Assembly: GCF_035594765.1 (NCBI RefSeq)
Contig: NC_085845.1
Location: 162,580,897 to 162,644,896 of the forward strand
Source of the DNA: Anolis carolinensis
Taxonomy: Eukaryota
Length of the DNA stretch: 64,000 bases
Reading direction: 5' to 3'
Both the position numbers and the translations under genes were made by a program. Under the pieces are notes generated by a model. It searched no databases. It was not told the DNA's origin and was given only the letters and a program-made list of their open reading frames with translations. This document shows positions 62,291 through 64,000 of this stretch, piece by piece. Position 1 is the first letter of the stretch; each line of letters starts with the position of its first letter.

Positions 62291-62950
62291 TACTGTGCTT
62301 AATATCGATGGCAAATATACCCAAATAACTGACAATGTTAATTGTTCACTGATTGTGCTCACTAAAGTTTTACCATGTGACATCTGGTCTTGGGAGCGAT
62401 CCAGTGTTGGGGCTTTTGGATTAAATTAATGGTTCTGTTTAATCAGACTACTGCTTCAAGGGGTCACCTCTTGCTCAGTAATCTGTGACATCAGGCTTCG
62501 GAACAACTGGGCTACTTGCTTTAATGTTTGATAGTAAGAGAAATTTGGACTTGCTAGCAAATCCTCTGTAAAACTCTAGACATACCATTGGCATGTAGGA
62601 ATCTGCACTTATAAGATTAAGTTTTCAAAATTGACTGTTAATGTCTCTTGCCTTGTTTGATACTGGTCTTACAGGCATTAGACCCAGTTTCTGGCAAAAG
62701 TGCAGGAATGCATGATGAGCAGCAGATTCTCAAAAGTGAGATCCATCCTGGCAAGGAACATTTGCATGTACTTCTCACGTTACCAACAAAAACATCTCTG
62801 GGAACAAAAAAAAATGTTTATAGATGCAACAGATAAACATATTTTTGGTAAGCTACCAAAATAAGCTTACCAAAAAAGCAGAAGTACATTCAAGTCATGT
62901 GGAAATCAATGTGTAGCCTTGAGTGCATTATTGTACCTCACAATCTAAAA

Positions 62951-63485
62951 CAGTGGTTCTCAAAGTGTGCTCCTCAAAGCCCTTGGGGCGTGCAAAACAT
63001 ACTGAGGGGCTCCGTGGTTTCCTTCTTCTCCTCCTCCAAGCTTTCCCCCCCCTTTCCTGCTCCCCTCTCTCTCTCCCCCTGCCTAACTTGCCACCAAAAG
63101 CCTTTTTCCCTTGGTCCCCTTGCTGCCCAGATCCTTTCCTCCCTGCCTTCCTTGGTTCCAAAACCCTATTTCCCTTCTACTGCTCAGGGGTGGGGATGGG
63201 GGGTTGATTTTGGGGTTGGACTGAATGGCCACTGGGGTTGCTCTTATTACAATTATTATTATTACAAAGGCTGGGTGGCCATATGTTGGGGGTGCTTTGA
63301 TTATGCTTTCCCTGCATGGACTGGATGGCACCTGTGGTCTTCCACTGAAATACTGTTAAGTTTAAGTTGGTTAAAATTGTTATTCATTCTAAATACTGTA
63401 TTGTTCTTTCTTTACTTTTTTGCACTAAAAACAAGATATGTGCAGTGTGCATAGGAATTTGTTCATGTGTTTTACAATTAGTTCA
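62951..63485. mobile_element. Truncated non-autonomous hAT (CAGTGGTTCTCAA TIR) with a CR1-like fragment
   Basis: hAT-type left TIR; 63365-63470 is shared with the interior of the 50746 hAT. Confidence 0.55.
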
Positions 63486-63579
63486 CACAAACACTCTCCA
63501 TCCATCTGCCCCTGGCTCAGCCCGTCTGTCAAATTTTAAAACACAATGTGTCAAAAATTTGCCTATTCATGATATATAT

Positions 63580-64000
63580 TAGAGGTGTGTGCATTATTTG
63601 CTCCATTTCTTTCATTTGGATATTTGTTTCGTACTGTCCATTCAGATGGCACAAAACAAAATAGCTCATTTTCAGATGAAACAAAAGGTGAAATGAAAGA
63701 GAAAGTTGCATGGTTTCCATTTGTTTAGATTTTTGGGCCGCATGGCTTTCCTTATGCAGCCCAGGGATTTCTTCCGCAAGCATCAGAGGAGGAGGAGGAG
63801 GAGGAGGAGGAGGAGGAGGAGGAGGAGGAGGAGGAGGAGGAGGAGGAGGAGGAGGAGGAGATGATGTTTGGGGCTTTTGGCCTATTAGAGGCCAAGGAAA
63901 CTGTGACGTCGCCAGTGAATTTAATGGGGCGACCACCCCCAAAGCGCATCCTTTGCTGGTGCTGACTGGCTGCCTGACTTTCTGTTGCTCACTCAACTCA
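63580..64000. mobile_element. Left part of a 31001-family element containing (GAG)n at 63785-63860
   Basis: TAGAGGTGTG start and GTCCATTCnGATGGCACAAAACA shared with 31001-31100. Confidence 0.6.

Noticed and set aside
62897-63996. 185-aa, poly-Pro and poly-Ser ORFs
   Set aside because: Low-complexity TE interior and the (GAG)n repeat.
61254-64000. Lumican 3' exon expected by synteny
   Set aside because: No LRR or SLRP C-terminal coding sequence seen; probably beyond the window.

Overview
Vertebrate (squamate) genomic DNA, most likely an Anolis lizard judging by the Sauria SINE, CR1, L1, Penelope and hAT/Tc1 MITE content. The window covers part of the small leucine-rich proteoglycan cluster on the minus strand. 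It contains the complete keratocan gene (KERA, 3 exons, about 39.6-46.0 kb, 349 aa) and the first three exons of epiphycan (EPYC: exon 1 about 27.9 kb, exon 2 about 24.6 kb, exon 3 about 4.3 kb; the remaining exons lie left of position 1). The rest is intron or intergenic DNA rich in mobile elements: the 5' part of a Tf1/Sushi-type Ty3/gypsy LTR retrotransposon (1-2375), a decayed CR1, a full-length and nearly intact L1 with a 19-bp TSD (54560-61234), SINEs, an R4/Dong fragment, Penelope hairpins, and nested or composite hAT, Tc1 and Harbinger-like MITEs. The strongest second-look signals are: (1) a tRNA-independent self-priming PBS in the LTR element; (2) a non-canonical gag-pol recoding site; (3) hammerhead ribozyme motifs in the Penelope hairpins; (4) a template-switch palindrome that captured flanking DNA; (5) complementary MITEs bracketing KERA exon 2; (6) an in-frame uORF in EPYC; (7) an unexplained open frame of about 200 codons in EPYC intron 2. 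All calls were made by eye and no database searches were run.
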